DNA from: Sphaerodactylus townsendi
Lineage: Eukaryota
Direction: 5' to 3'
Assembly (NCBI RefSeq): GCF_021028975.2
Contig: NC_059426.1
Coordinates: 44,578,001 to 44,642,000 of the forward strand
Length of the DNA stretch: 64,000 nucleotides
The notes beneath the pieces were generated by a model that saw only the letters and a list, made by a program, of their open reading frames with translations, was not told the DNA's origin and did no database searches. Shown here piece by piece: positions 11,321 to 23,350 of this stretch. The translations under genes were made by a program, and so were the position numbers. The stretch's first letter is position 1, and the number at the start of each line of letters is the position of its first letter.

Positions 11321-12062
11321 CCCTCGGCCTCAAAGGGGAGTTGGAGCCCATGGTAATTCATAAGCTGCAGGTATTAGTTGGTCAAGATTATGGCGAGTGA
11401 AGAGGAGGAGGATCTGAAGGCTCCTTCCTTGGCCTCAATAATCTCCCTCCCTCTCTCAGTCAAGGCACCCTTCACTCTTCCACCTGCAAGACCTTCCAAT
11501 TCCGTTGTCTTCCCAGCCTGTTTCTTCTTCAAGAATTTCATGTGGGTAATGGCCATAGTAGGCTTTGAGTACACAATACTTTTGGGTGGGGGGGACAGGC
11601 AGGACTTAAGGCAAATTCTAAACACTAGAGGGAAAAGAGTTTTGGGGTGTGGTGACCATTAATGGTTTAGAATGCCTGATATGTCCCTCTTTCCCGCCCC
11701 CCTCCCTTGTGCTCTGTTGAAAGGTTGCAAGCCCCGGAATTGAAGAGGGAAGAGAAAAAGAGGACAGACTCTTTTCTCTTCCCTCTGCCACCCCCAGCTG
11801 TTACTTTCAAACTGGGAGCTGTGTTATGCTTGACTTTACCAAAGGCCGCAAGTAGACCTGCTCATTTGATAGGCTTAACCTTCCCCCAAGAGCCTGATTT
11901 TACACCTTGGAAAAGGGGGGATGAAATCAGAGGCCTGTTCCTCTTCTGACTTACGAATCAATGATTTCCAAAACATTCTCTCATTAACAACCTTGCTAGA
12001 GGTCATGCAGACTGAGGGCTGTAGTTTTCTTTATTGAGTGAATCTATCTCATTGTAATACTC

Positions 12063-12390
12063 CAAAATGTGACCGATTTTGTTCTTGCTCAGCAGGTCTG
12101 CCTGAGATGACAGCACACACACTTCTCTGTTGTAATAACCTGGCGTCTATACGGTCACTTTTTATTGAAGCTTTGTTGAAGAAGAGACCTGAGAGAAGTG
12201 ACCACGAAACAGTAGCTTACTTGCTCAGTGACCAACATCCATATATCACAGAGATGGTAGCTCTGTTCTTATTTAAGGCTTTTAGTTCCTGAGAGTAATT
12301 TTTATGAGTTTTATATTTTGTCTAAACTTATTCTGAATCTGCTCTATTTTGTGTACTTATGCCATTAAAGGTTTTTGAATTTGAATCTGA
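12063..12390 (+). mobile_element. RTE-X-like LINE 3' end with C-terminal Cys/His motif
   Basis: RFCSCSAGLPEMTAHTLLCCNNLASIR..FIEALL...SDHETVAYLLSDQHPYITEMVALFL; tail ttatgccattaaagg(tttgaa)n; 7-bp TSD aatactc. Confidence 0.75.
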
Positions 12391-12406
12391 AATACTCTTA
12401 TCTCAT

Positions 12407-12707
12407 GAAGAGCCAGCATTGTGTAGTGGTGAACAGTGATGGACTCTAATCTGGAGAACTGGGTTTGATTGTCCACTCCTCCAGAGGAGCAGTGAACTCT
12501 AATGCAGTGAACCAGGTTTGTTCTCCCACTCCCGCCTGCTAGGTGACCTTAGGCCTGTCACAGTTCTCTTTGAACTCTCTCAGCCCAACCTACCTCCCAA
12601 AGGTGTCTGTTGTGAGGAGGGGAAGGGAGGGTGATTGTAAGTCACTTTGAGACTCCTTTAAGGAAAGGAAAAGAAAAGCAGGGTATAAAAATCAACTCTT
12701 CTTCTTC
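12407..12707 (+). mobile_element. Squam2-like SINE (gecko type, duplicated B-box region, L2-like tail)
   Basis: gagccagc..tgtgtagtggt...gactctaatctggagaactgggtttgatt...tgtaagtcactttgagactcc...gggtataaaaatcaactcttcttcttc. Confidence 0.8.
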
Positions 12708-13379
12708 CTGTTTTCTTAGTCTTCAACATTTCCTAGCATTATTGTGTTTTCCAGTGAGTCTTTTCCAGTGAATAAAGCACAGTAGCTTCAGTTTATTCAT
12801 TTTACCTTCAAGCAGCCTAATTGCCAGATAAAGCTTTTCTTGGGCTGCACTTTATCAGGCTGAGAAGGAGTGTGATGTGTGTTTGGTGTTTCCTATGTCA
12901 AAATTATGTGTGCTGTATTTTTTTAAAAAATCTGCAGGAAAAAGCTAGGCTGAAAAAACTTTCTGCTTGGGTTGGGATTTTATGTGTGCAGGGTTGAAGG
13001 AATATTCAAACATTATAGATAGATAAATAATGTCAAAGTGTAATTATTCATTAACAGTTCCATAGAGGTCAACATAATTTATTCTACCATTTAAAAGAGT
13101 TGTTGATTATATGTGTATATATAAAGAAAAAATATGCACACAATATGCATATGCATGTGGGAGGGGGTGTCAGTTTGTACTTTTGCCCCCCTTCAGTGTA
13201 GATCTGGCCCTGTTTCCACAGCTCCATTATTGACATGCACTTTCCTGCTCTCTTGCAGAGGTTAGCATAAAGTTTTGCAGATTATTTTTTGTCAAAAAAA
13301 ATTATGAAAGTGTCACTTTCCCTTTGCAGTTAATTCAGGAGAGATCCTCAATTTGAGCAGGGCACATTTTCATGCAAAT

Positions 13380-13639
13380 NNNNNNNNNNNNNNNNNNNNN
13401 NNNNNNNNNNNNNNNNNNNNNNNNNNNNNNNNNNNNNNNNNNNNNNNNNNNNNNNNNNNNNNNNNNNNNNNNNNNNNNNNNNNNNNNNNNNNNNNNNNNN
13501 NNNNNNNNNNNNNNNNNNNNNNNNNNNNNNNNNNNNNNNNNNNNNNNNNNNNNNNNNNNNNNNNNNNNNNNNNNNNNNNNNNNNNNNNNNNNNNNNNNNN
13601 NNNNNNNNNNNNNNNNNNNNNNNNNNNNNNNNNNNNNNN
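13380..13639. other. Assembly gap or masked run (260 N)
   Basis: Run of N. Confidence 0.99.
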
Positions 13640-15274
13640 CCTCCTCGTCTCCATTTATGAACCTATAAGAAAGTCAGTAAATGGAGCCATAAGCTCCACG
13701 TTTCCAGGAGCTATTCCTTTTGAATCTAGAGGGTCTATTAATGCAAAGATAGGCGTCTGACTTTTAAAACCTAAGCTGTATGTATCGTGTAGCTGTTGTG
13801 TGAGTGTGTGTATGTATACACGCATACCGCATTGGGACTGTCAGCTGGCGAAAGATTTTTTAGTAGATTAACTACAGTTTTTTTATTCAACTCTATTTAA
13901 ATACTTTCATTTATTTTGATTGATTGCCTCCACTCAATCCTTCAAGCAGAAATCAGCAGGAGTAGAATCATGTTTCTCAGAAATGTGCGGCTTGCCCTGT
14001 CTTTTCCCACAATGACCCTGAGCACCAAAGGCCAGCCCATCCAAGCCGGTCTGAAGATGCTTCTGAAAGTTACTCAGGCGGGACTTTGCATCTGCAGTGG
14101 AGTTTGCATATTGTGAATGTACACATTTTAAATGTACATGTTTTACCAATATCAGTGAATCTGCATTAAAGAAAAGAGTTAGCTTGCTTTGGAGTATGAG
14201 AGCACTTACAATTCAATGCACAAAATGTCCCCATCCTTACTGGAAGAGTAGGGCATCTTTATCTCTTCTTGACTGAGCATTGGGATTTGGCATCTTCTCC
14301 ACTGGCCTATGCAATATTGCAACACTAACCACTCCTGTAAAGGTATTTCCAAGGAACTGCTTGGAGAGTTAGGGCAATTGCAAAGAGAACTGATGGGTGG
14401 GAGAAGAATTTAGCACCCCTCAGGTTTACTAATACTTCTCTGGAAATGCCCCACATCAGTTTGGCAAAAAGAAAGAGAATGTTTGCTCCATAACCAGAAA
14501 TGAAGAAATCAGAAAATATGCTTGGGTTGAACTAGAATTTATTCATTACAAACTGTGCAAATCATTAAACTAAGCCCCCAACTGTGTGGGCTTCGAAGAA
14601 GGCTGTTCCACTGGTTTGTGAGCACTTGGGCAACCTACCCTGGTTCCAAGTTCAACATGGCCACAATGTTGCTCATCAACTCCCACTCACTGCATTTACA
14701 TTTGCCTGCCACTCAAATAGCCCCATTGGGGAAATTGGCTTATACCACACTTTTGCATGACATAAATCTGTGGTCCCAGAGAGGAAAGTTCCTGGGCTGG
14801 AAGCCTGGTGGAAGCTGACTAAAGTCAACTCCGCTACCAGGTATGCTCCCGGCCTATCCCTCCCTCTGCCAGCATCCCTGGCATTGCCTACTTCCAGGTT
14901 TGGCCATTGCAACACTGAGTAGCATCCACACGCCTGTGTCTTTGCTCTTCACTGGCATAGGTGCTCCTTATGCCAATGTGGGGGATGGGCCAGCATGGGT
15001 CTCCCCCACTCCCAAATGTCGATTCACCTCCCCCCCTATCTGGATTGGGTGATTATGGACTGGTGTTCGCATTACTGCTTGTGTGTTTGAACCCTCATGG
15101 AAGCTTATGCGCTGATAAATTTGTATCTATTGAAGCGGCAACAAGATTTCCCCCTTGTTTTTTTGCTGGAAGGAAAGCAATAGCCGGTTTTGGATAACCC
15201 AGAAGGAACAGTAATCTTTCTGGAGGTTTTGATCTGAGGTTCTGCACTGAGTCTACTATTTGAGGGGAAATACA

Positions 15275-15520
15275 AAGCCAGTATGGTATAGTGGTTAGGA
15301 TGTAGAGTCTGGGAACCCAGGTTTTTAATTTTATTTATTTACAACAATTTTTATTAGACATGTAAGGGAAGCCAGGTTCGCATCCCCTCACTGCCCCAGG
15401 TGACCTGAGACCTGGTATTCTCACAGTGTGGTGGTTGTGAAAATCAATCTGAAGAGGGAAGAATAATGTTGCAAACCATTTTGGGTTCTCATTGGGGGAT
15501 AAAGAGCAGTATGAATACCA
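15275..15520 (+). mobile_element. tRNA-derived SINE (Squam2/MIR-like), degenerate
   Basis: agccagtatggtatagtggttagg...ctgggaacccaggtt...ggtgacctga...ttgggggataaagagcagtat...aataaat. Confidence 0.55.
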
Positions 15521-15789
15521 AAATAAATATTTAAATACATATATAGCTTTTAAAGCATTGGTTGATGGTAAATTGTACAGAGCTAAGATGACATCCTCCA
15601 ACTTTTCCTTATTTACGAGATACCGTTTCCGTTTTTTGGAATTTCTCTGTAGTACATCACCATTTGTGTTTTGTTTCTTGGAAGAGATTTTGGCATTGCC
15701 ACTGATGTGCGCCCCTTTCCCCTCCCCTTTACACTCTGGGCCCCCTGATACTTATGGGGGCCCTCCGCTCCCTTGTTCTGTTTCTTCCC

Positions 15790-15931
15790 AGGGTGGGTTT
15801 ATGAAGTTTTATGCTGGACGCCAATGTAATTTTGTTAATTGCTGTTTTAATGGGATTTTAATGTAATTGTTTTATTGTGTTGTTCACCGCCCAGAGCCCT
15901 TCGGGGGAGGGGCAGTATACAAAATCAATTA

Positions 15932-15986
<55 letters not shown>

Positions 15987-15987
15987 A
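15790..15987 (+). mobile_element. L2-type 3' tail ending in (AAAT)n
   Basis: tgttcaccgcccagagcccttcgggggaggggcagtata then (AAAT)n at 15930-15987; the same tail occurs at ~17390-17455 and ~32530-32665. Confidence 0.75.
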
Positions 15988-16616
15988 AGTTTTTGCTAGT
16001 GTGTCTTGCTACAGTTGGCCTTCTTTAGGTTTCAGACACTTAGAAGTTCAATTGGAGAAGCATACTCATAGACAGAAAACTTTGCTACATTCTCCCTTAA
16101 CTGTCCATACAACCATATGCCCCTACTACACATGTAGTTCAGGAACTAGATTATTTTGAAGGGAAGAAGCATTCCATCCTATGAGTCCCCACATATACTC
16201 TCCAATGGTACGTTTCAGGCACAGGTTTGCCATCTCAATGAGAATTTGAGCCTCTTTGAGCAAAAATGATACAAATTGCATAGCCGAATTGTATGGTGGC
16301 AAGGACCTAGCACACTCTTCCTCTCTCTTGTTCATCGTGCCATTCCTCCAAGGAGTTCAGAGTCACATAAATGTATCTGCCCTTCATTCTATCCTTTTTC
16401 TACTTCAGTGAGAACAAGACCAATAAGAGGCTGGTTCTAGGTCATCAGCCTCCACATGGGTTCTGACGTTCTCCTGGAATTATTTATAACTGCTCTCTAG
16501 ATTACAGGAATCCATTTTGGAGGGTGGCCTCTGTGGCATCATAGCCCCACTGAGCTCCCTCCCCTCCTAACTCTGCTCTCCCCAGAAATGGCATCCACAT
16601 CTCTAGGAATTTCCGA

Positions 16617-17310
16617 AAGTGGAGCCAACAAAAGTGCAGCCATGTCTTAGACATGATTGCCATTGCGAAGGGGTGGCCCCAATGAGGGCCATTTGTTTGC
16701 CCAGTGGCTCGCGCATGTGCGAGGACCAGGCCCTGATTGGGGGTGTGCTCTTGCATGGCGTGATGAGAGCACATCATCAGAGTGGGCCAGGCAGGGCCTA
16801 TATAAGGCCCTGCTTCGTGGCCTGGGCTCACTCTGAATTGGATTGCTGGAGCATTTCCCACCCACTTGTTCCCTGCAGCTCAGCTTGCTTTGTCATAGCG
16901 AGGCTCGCGGGTTGCACATGGGGGGGGGGTGATCCTCTGGGAAGGGGGAGCTAGGGAAACTCCCCTGTTATTATACTTCCCTAAGAGGTTGGGGTGGAGC
17001 AAGTCCATGGTTGGAATGCCCCGCGGGGGGCTGTGGCTTGTGCCTCTAGCAGTGGTTGGAGAGGGACACCAGATGGGCACATCGCCCACCTGGAATGCCC
17101 CACTCTAGTCTTGCCACTAGGGTCTATTCCTCCAACGGGCTGGCTTGAGGAATTTGGTTTACTCTGGGGAACAGCACTCAGACTGCCCAGAGGCTTGGAT
17201 CACCCCTCCCATGCTGTGCCAGTTGCTTTCTTCTGCTTTATTTCAATAAACTGCTGGCTATGGCCTATTTCTTACCCACACAAAGTTGTTATGTGTTTGT
17301 TATTTCAAGT
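16617..17310 (+). mobile_element. LTR-like terminal repeat relic (possibly Ngaro/DIRS type)
   Basis: GC-rich block with TATATAA at 16799 and AATAAA at 17245 followed by ctgctggctatggcc..., then ttgttatgtgtttgttatt; no internal ORF. Confidence 0.45.
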
Positions 17311-17656
17311 CTTATGCTAGGTAACCCAAGCATGAGGATCCACACCTCGGCCCACAATGCTACCCCTTACATTCTAATTCTATGGATTTAAGTGGCCCTT
17401 CGGGGAAGAGGCGGCCTATAAATCTAAAATATAAATAAAAATAAATAAATAAATAGTTAATAGGAGCAAATCTGTGTTCTTCCCTACTTACAAGATCTGA
17501 TTCTACAACTAGTGCCTGGAACCAGGATCAATTAACCAAACAAAATGAAACAGATTCTTGATCCAAACATTCAACCAAGTCTACAATCCATGCACTCCCC
17601 TGATGTTCTTTCTTCTGAGAATTGGGTTGGGCAGGAGCTTGTGGTATGACATAACT

Positions 17657-18138
17657 CTGTGGTGGCGAAATGGCACAGGTGCCAGAGGTGGCACTCAGAG
17701 CGCTCCCTGTGGGCATGCGCGCACAGAGTTCGTCATGTTGGGGGGGCGCCCCCCTCAAATCTAGGCTGGCCTGGGCCTCTGGGCATGATGTGTAGGTAAC
17801 CCTGTTAAGTGCTGTTAAACCCCACTGATTTTCATGGGGAGAACTAAAGCGCAATCCTTTACCTGGGAGTAAGTTCAGTTGCTGGCAATGGGGCTTGCTT
17901 CTAAACCCTACTAGGATTGTGATTCACCCATTAGAAGCGTTGCATGGTTGCTTCAAAGCAAAGCCACTGACTACCACCAAGCTTACTCCCAAGTAATGTA
18001 TGCCTTAGAGCCAACCGTTTTTTTCTAAATTAAAACCTCAGTATTCAGGTTAAATTGCCGTGTTGGCACTTTGCAATAAATAAGTGGATTTTGGGTTGCA
18101 GTTTGGGCACTGGGTCTTGAAAAGGTTCACCATCACTG
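17657..18138. mobile_element. hAT non-autonomous element (CAGTGATGGCGAACCT-type TIR)
   Basis: Left end ctgtggtggcgaa, right end aggttcaccatcactg; exact 8-bp TSD ACATAACT. Confidence 0.88.
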
Positions 18139-18815
18139 ACATAACTGATATATCAGTTCTGAGTGTCTTCACAGCAGTACAGTCTCTAAATACAAAATAA
18201 CTTGCACTTTTCCATTGTTTCACTTGCAGCGGTAGCACCTGCAGCTATTTTTTTTTTTAAAAAATGGTATTGAGGTAAATGTCATTGTCCCTGTACAGCT
18301 CGTGTATGTTTTTCAAGAACATAGCTCCTTTGCCTTGTGCTTTGTTGAACATAGTTAATGAGACTCCAGGACTGTAAATGAAGTGAACCCTGTAAGCCCA
18401 CAGACAGAAATACCTCAGAGATTTTAATGCTCATTAGACTTAAGGAGCCTTCACATTTATCAGCACAGAATACTGAAAACAGGCGTCTTAAAAATTGCAA
18501 AAGAAAAAAAAGTGAATTATTTCTCATATTCAGTTTTGTATTGTTACATTTAGAATTCTTTTTTTTAACCATAGCACTACAGTAAGCAAGGATGCTGCGA
18601 ATTTCATGGTGAATCTGTTGAACGGTTGAACATATGTTCAGCTTTGGTGACTGGATATGATCACTGACGGGGTCTGTTTGATTGCTGGGAAAATTTTTCT
18701 GCTTTCACAGAATCACCCTTCTCTCATGGCATCTAGGAGATTTGAGATAACCTTATTTTCAACCGTTAAGTGACATGGATTTAAATGAAACAAAACAAAT
18801 CCTTTTCTTTTTTAA

Positions 18816-19307
18816 GGCTGTTTCTGCATGGCCAGCTGAGCGGGGTGCATCAGCATAGCTTATGCCGATGCACCCCCCAGGACCATTCGCATGGACGGTC
18901 CCACTGGCTGCACAGGCTGAGCCACCACCAAATGGTTCTTACCTTCTGCCGCCTTCTGTCGCGTTGTGGAGTTCAGGGGACACGCCACCATGGCCAGAGC
19001 GATGGCTCTGGGGTCGGAGGGCCAGGAGGCGTGTCCCCTGGCTTCCACAAAGTGACAAAAGGCGGCAGAAGGTAAGAGACGTTTGGGAGGGCTGCGGGGA
19101 AAATGCTGACTTTCACCTGGTGCCGTTAGCTCAGCACCAAATGGAAGCTGGCATTTTCCAAAGCAAGGTTCAAAAACTCTGTTTCAGGTGGGAGGGGGGA
19201 AGAGCACTGCTGCATTGATTTGGCAGTGGCACCTATGCAAAGGGTCCCCCCCAAAAGGGTGTTTTACCGGGCCGAAATCAACTATTTTGGCCCATGCGGA
19301 AACAGCC
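18816..19307. mobile_element. PIF/Harbinger-type MITE (GGCYGTTTCYGCA family)
   Basis: TIR GGCTGTTTCTGCATGG / CCATGCGGAAACAGCC; internal ggcgtgtcccctggc motif shared with 25442 and 51562. Confidence 0.8.
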
Positions 19308-19399
19308 CTAGTTATTGGGTAACTTTGCTTCACATACCTAAATCCAATAACAAGGGCATCATGCTTGATCGGACTAATGGTCCATCTAGTCTAACGTCC

Positions 19400-19655
19400 T
19401 GCTTTACGCAAAGGAAAACTTGTCCTGAAGAACCACCAAACAAAGCAAAGATTGCAAGGCCTTCCTCTGTTTATTACCCTGGTAATGGTAGTCAAAGGTT
19501 TATTACCTCTGAACATTGAGGTTCTCTTTAGTCACCATGTCTAGGAGCCATTTATGAACCCATCCTCCATGAATCTGTCTAATCCCCTTATAAAGTCTAC
19601 TAAATTAGTGGTCTTGACTATGGAAGTGACTTCCACACTTCAGTTATTCTAGGAG
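19400..19655 (-). mobile_element. CR1 LINE 3' end
   Basis: atggtccatctagtctaac...cctctgaacattgagg...ccatgaatctgtctaatcccctt...gtgacttccaca; the same tail occurs on + at ~28550-28820 and ~41510-41710. Confidence 0.65.
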
Positions 19656-19660
19656 TGAAT

Positions 19661-19948
19661 AGAGTATCAGTTGGTGTAGTGTTTAAGAGTAGTGGAGAAC
19701 AGGGGTTAATTCCTCACTTCTCCATGTGAGCTGCTGACTCTAAACTGGTGAACCAGGTTTGTTTTTCCACTTCTACACATGAAGCCCGCTGGGTGACCTT
19801 GGACCAGTCACAGTTCTTCAGAACTCTCTCAGCCTCACCTACCTCACAAGGTTTCTTGTTGTGTGGAGAGGAAGGGAAGGAGTTTGTAAGCCGCTTAGAG
19901 AGTACTTGTGGCTGAGAAAAGCATGGTATAAATCCAAACTCTTCTTCT
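19661..19948 (+). mobile_element. Squam2-like SINE
   Basis: Same family as 12407: cagttggtgtagtgtttaagagt...ctgggtgaccttggaccagtcacagttc...gcatggtataaatccaaactcttcttct. Confidence 0.8.
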
Positions 19949-22304
19949 CATCATCAGCCAAATGAAATACAAGCACATTCTAGACAGCTTAAGTTGGTAC
20001 TTTCTGAACAAGCATTGGAATTTCATTGTTGGAATCCCAAAGAAAAGGGTATGATAAATGAAGAATGTGTTGTGGTCATGACAGACAGACTGAAGCAATG
20101 AAGCTTGCATTAGAATCAGAAATGTGTCACACTAGATTCCATTTGGATGAGATCCCTCACAGCACAAATATCAATCAGCAAAAGCATTATTTATTTTTGA
20201 AAATACAATCTGGAAATGTAGTGTTTATGTTAACTTTAATTCTGGCATGATTACGTGATTACTCACAATCTAAAGGAGGTGACTGGCATTTTGTGTGACT
20301 CTTTCACTGTTTGTTAATTTGCCCCAGCGAAGCCTTTTGTCTGGTTTTTATTTTTTTTCCCATTAAAACACCTAAAATATGCCATAGATTCTTCTTATGG
20401 AATTAATGACCTTTTCCACACAGACTTCAAAAGTTAACTCTTGCTTGAATGAAACAGGCAGTTGTAAAATCCTAACAATTTCCAAGAATTCTCAAGATTG
20501 ATCAGCCTTCCCTGTCTTACAATAAAGAATTTAAATAATTTTTCCAGAGCACACCACTAAAAGTCGTTTAACTTCAGGTCCCCCAGTCCTAGTCCAGCAC
20601 TTTAGCCATTATCCCACACTATATTTGTAATGAAAACAAAGAAAACATTTAATGGGAGTGAAAGTTCCTCCTTTCAAATTCCTAAGCAATAAACACTCAG
20701 ACTTAATTCAGTTTAGTAATTACCTCATCCCAGAAAATGCTAAAATCATTATCTTCTCATGAGAACATGGTAGAGTTTTAAGATTCATTCTAGACATATG
20801 TTGTCAGGTTCATTACAAATACCTCTTGTCCAGTGAGCTTGTAATAATATTCACATCAAGGATTTTGATAGAAACTGCTTGATACAAATTTGACCATATC
20901 ACCTATGCTCTCTGTATTTTCTTCCCTTTGGCATGCAGGCTGACAGTTTTGAATGCAATGTATATGGTTTTTGTTTACCTGAAGTAGACAAATTATGAGT
21001 CTTGACGTTACGTACCCTAAGGAGTCCTTTGAATATACAGTCACTTGAGTAGAACACGTAGGTCAACCTATTTTGCAGAAAGCATTGTGGCCTTCTAGCT
21101 TTTGCATGATCCACCAGAAAGTGGATGTTTTTGGTTTTGTAGGCATCATTGAAATCCAAAAGGCATTTTCTCAGGAAACATCTATTACAGAATGGGAACC
21201 CACTCTCTAGTACTGAGGAATTATTTTCCATTGTTCAGTTAATTCCAGTAATGGCTGAGTCCTTATATTATGTTTGTTGTAAGTTTAACTGACCCATTCA
21301 GGTCAGATAAACTACTTAGTTATCCAATGTTACCATTTTCAAAATGTTTCTCATGTACCAGAACATGTGCTGTAGTGCAACTACAGCTACAACAAGGATT
21401 TTTTTTCCAGTTTGAGTTTAAATGTTTCATAAATATTTTAAAATAATTTAATCAAAATTAGGGTTGTTGGTATTACATAAGTTCAGTAGGGCTATTAATA
21501 GCAGATGGAGGACGTGTGGTGGCTGGCTTTAAGAAATTATTTTAGGTACAGTGGTACAAATTAGGGATGCTTTGAAACATCTGCTGGTTCAGCACATACT
21601 CTGTTTACTGATCATAATCAGGGAGCCAGTATTCCATTGGTCAGTTCAGCTGTTCACAAACAGTTGGAGCGTATTTGTCAGGTTACTGTGCCATGTATTC
21701 AAAAAGTATACTACAGTGTAATTGGCATGACATTTTTTCATGGGTATTTGGCATGACATTTTTTCATGGGTTTCTCTGCATGTCAAGGACACGTGGAGCC
21801 AAAGGAAGGGACAAACAAGGCCCTTCCATGGCAATTTCTGCTTCTAAATACAGCATAGAAGGGAACGGTGAAGGCCTCCACCAGCTGGACTCCGAGCAGC
21901 CCACTGAGTCTGATTGGAGTCCTTTTCTCCCCCACCCCACAGACATATTTTCATTCTATGCTACTCAATAGACAGTTGCATAAATAAGCAGTGAGAAACT
22001 CAATCAGCTAACAATAATACATTAAATATATTTTTTAAAGTCATAACATTTGTTATTCTTGTGGGAGAATCTTATGAGAGTAGTAGTTCATTTAATGACT
22101 TGATCTGACCCTCCACAACCCCGGGTAGAATTATCTCACCTACTGCACAGATGTAAAAGACCCTTTAAGAAAAGGAAATGACATTCTTTCATTACAAGAA
22201 AATGAACTTTCTCAGCCATTCAAGGCCTGTGGTCTGAGGTTCTGCTCAAATGTGACATGTTGCATGTGATTGTGCCTGACAAATCTGTGAATTTACATGT
22301 TACA

Positions 22305-23350
22305 GTGAACACCATTACCTCCTGCATGTTTTTATGCACATGTGTTTATTAGAAAGAATTCCTCTTTGGTGATTTCCCCCCTTTTCCATTTCTTGTACAT
22401 GTCCCTTTTAAATTTCAGCTCAGTTGAAAGTTCTCCAGACATCCATTCTGGTTTCCTTATACATGTCTCATTTTTTCTCCTCATTGGAACTGTTTGAAAT
22501 TGTGACTTCAAGATCTCACTTTTAAGAACCTCCCATCCATCATGAACTCACTTCTCTTTTAGTATTCTTAACTATGGGATCACACCTAACAGTTTCCTAA
22601 GTTTACTAAAATCAACTTTCTTAAAGTCAAGAATGTATGTCTAACTATGCTTGGCATCCCCTTGGCACTCTATAACAAACTCCAGGAGAATATGGTTACT
22701 CCTACCTACCACTAAGGAGCCTGCCACTTCCATCCCATTAACCAGGTCATCATTGTTGTTTAGGAGCAGATCTAAAATAGTTGATCCGCTTGTTGCCTTG
22801 ACTCTAGACCATGAAATTGAAATTGAAATCTCTTGTAGGATTAACTTAGGTAAGTTAAGGGAGGGGGAGGGGGTCTGACATCTGGACATGGCCCACCCAC
22901 CCTAGCGAAGGGAGGAAGAGGGGTGGCATGCAAGGGAAGGGCAGTGAGGAAGGGGAAGGGAGGGAGGGGTGGCATGCAAGGGAGGGTGAGGGAGGGGTAA
23001 GTGAAGAATTTTTGGGATCTTACAGTCTTGGCAGAGTTTGACTCCCAACAAATATCAGGATAATTGAAATCTGCCATTACTACTACTTCTCTCCTTTCTG
23101 AAAGTTTGGTCATCTGTTCCAGGAAGGCATTATCCAAATCTTCAGTCTGATGGGGGGGGGGGGGGGGGAGGTCTGTAATAGACCCTCACAATGAAATCAC
23201 TGTTGTTTCCCCATTAATATTTACCTAGATGCTCTCAACCTGACTTCCTGGATTTGAGTCACCTGCTCACAGGTATAATCATCCCTCATATATAATCCTC
23301 CTCTTCCTTTCCTAGTTGGTCTATTTCTCTGAAATAAGTTATACCCCTCA
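22305..23350 (-). mobile_element. CR1 LINE fragment, APE endonuclease domain (pseudogenised)
   Basis: DNAFLEQMTKLSERREVVVMADFNYPDICWESNSAK and TSGSTILDLLLNNNDDLV..GSL...SNHILLEF match the CR1 EN motifs GDFN.PDI.W and LDL...SDH; purine-rich insert at ~22857-22998. Confidence 0.88.

Noticed and set aside
21722-21771. 26-bp tandem duplication (similar small ones at ~45372-45460, ~3172-3210 and ~51410-51437)
   Set aside because: Ordinary local slippage duplications with no sign of function.
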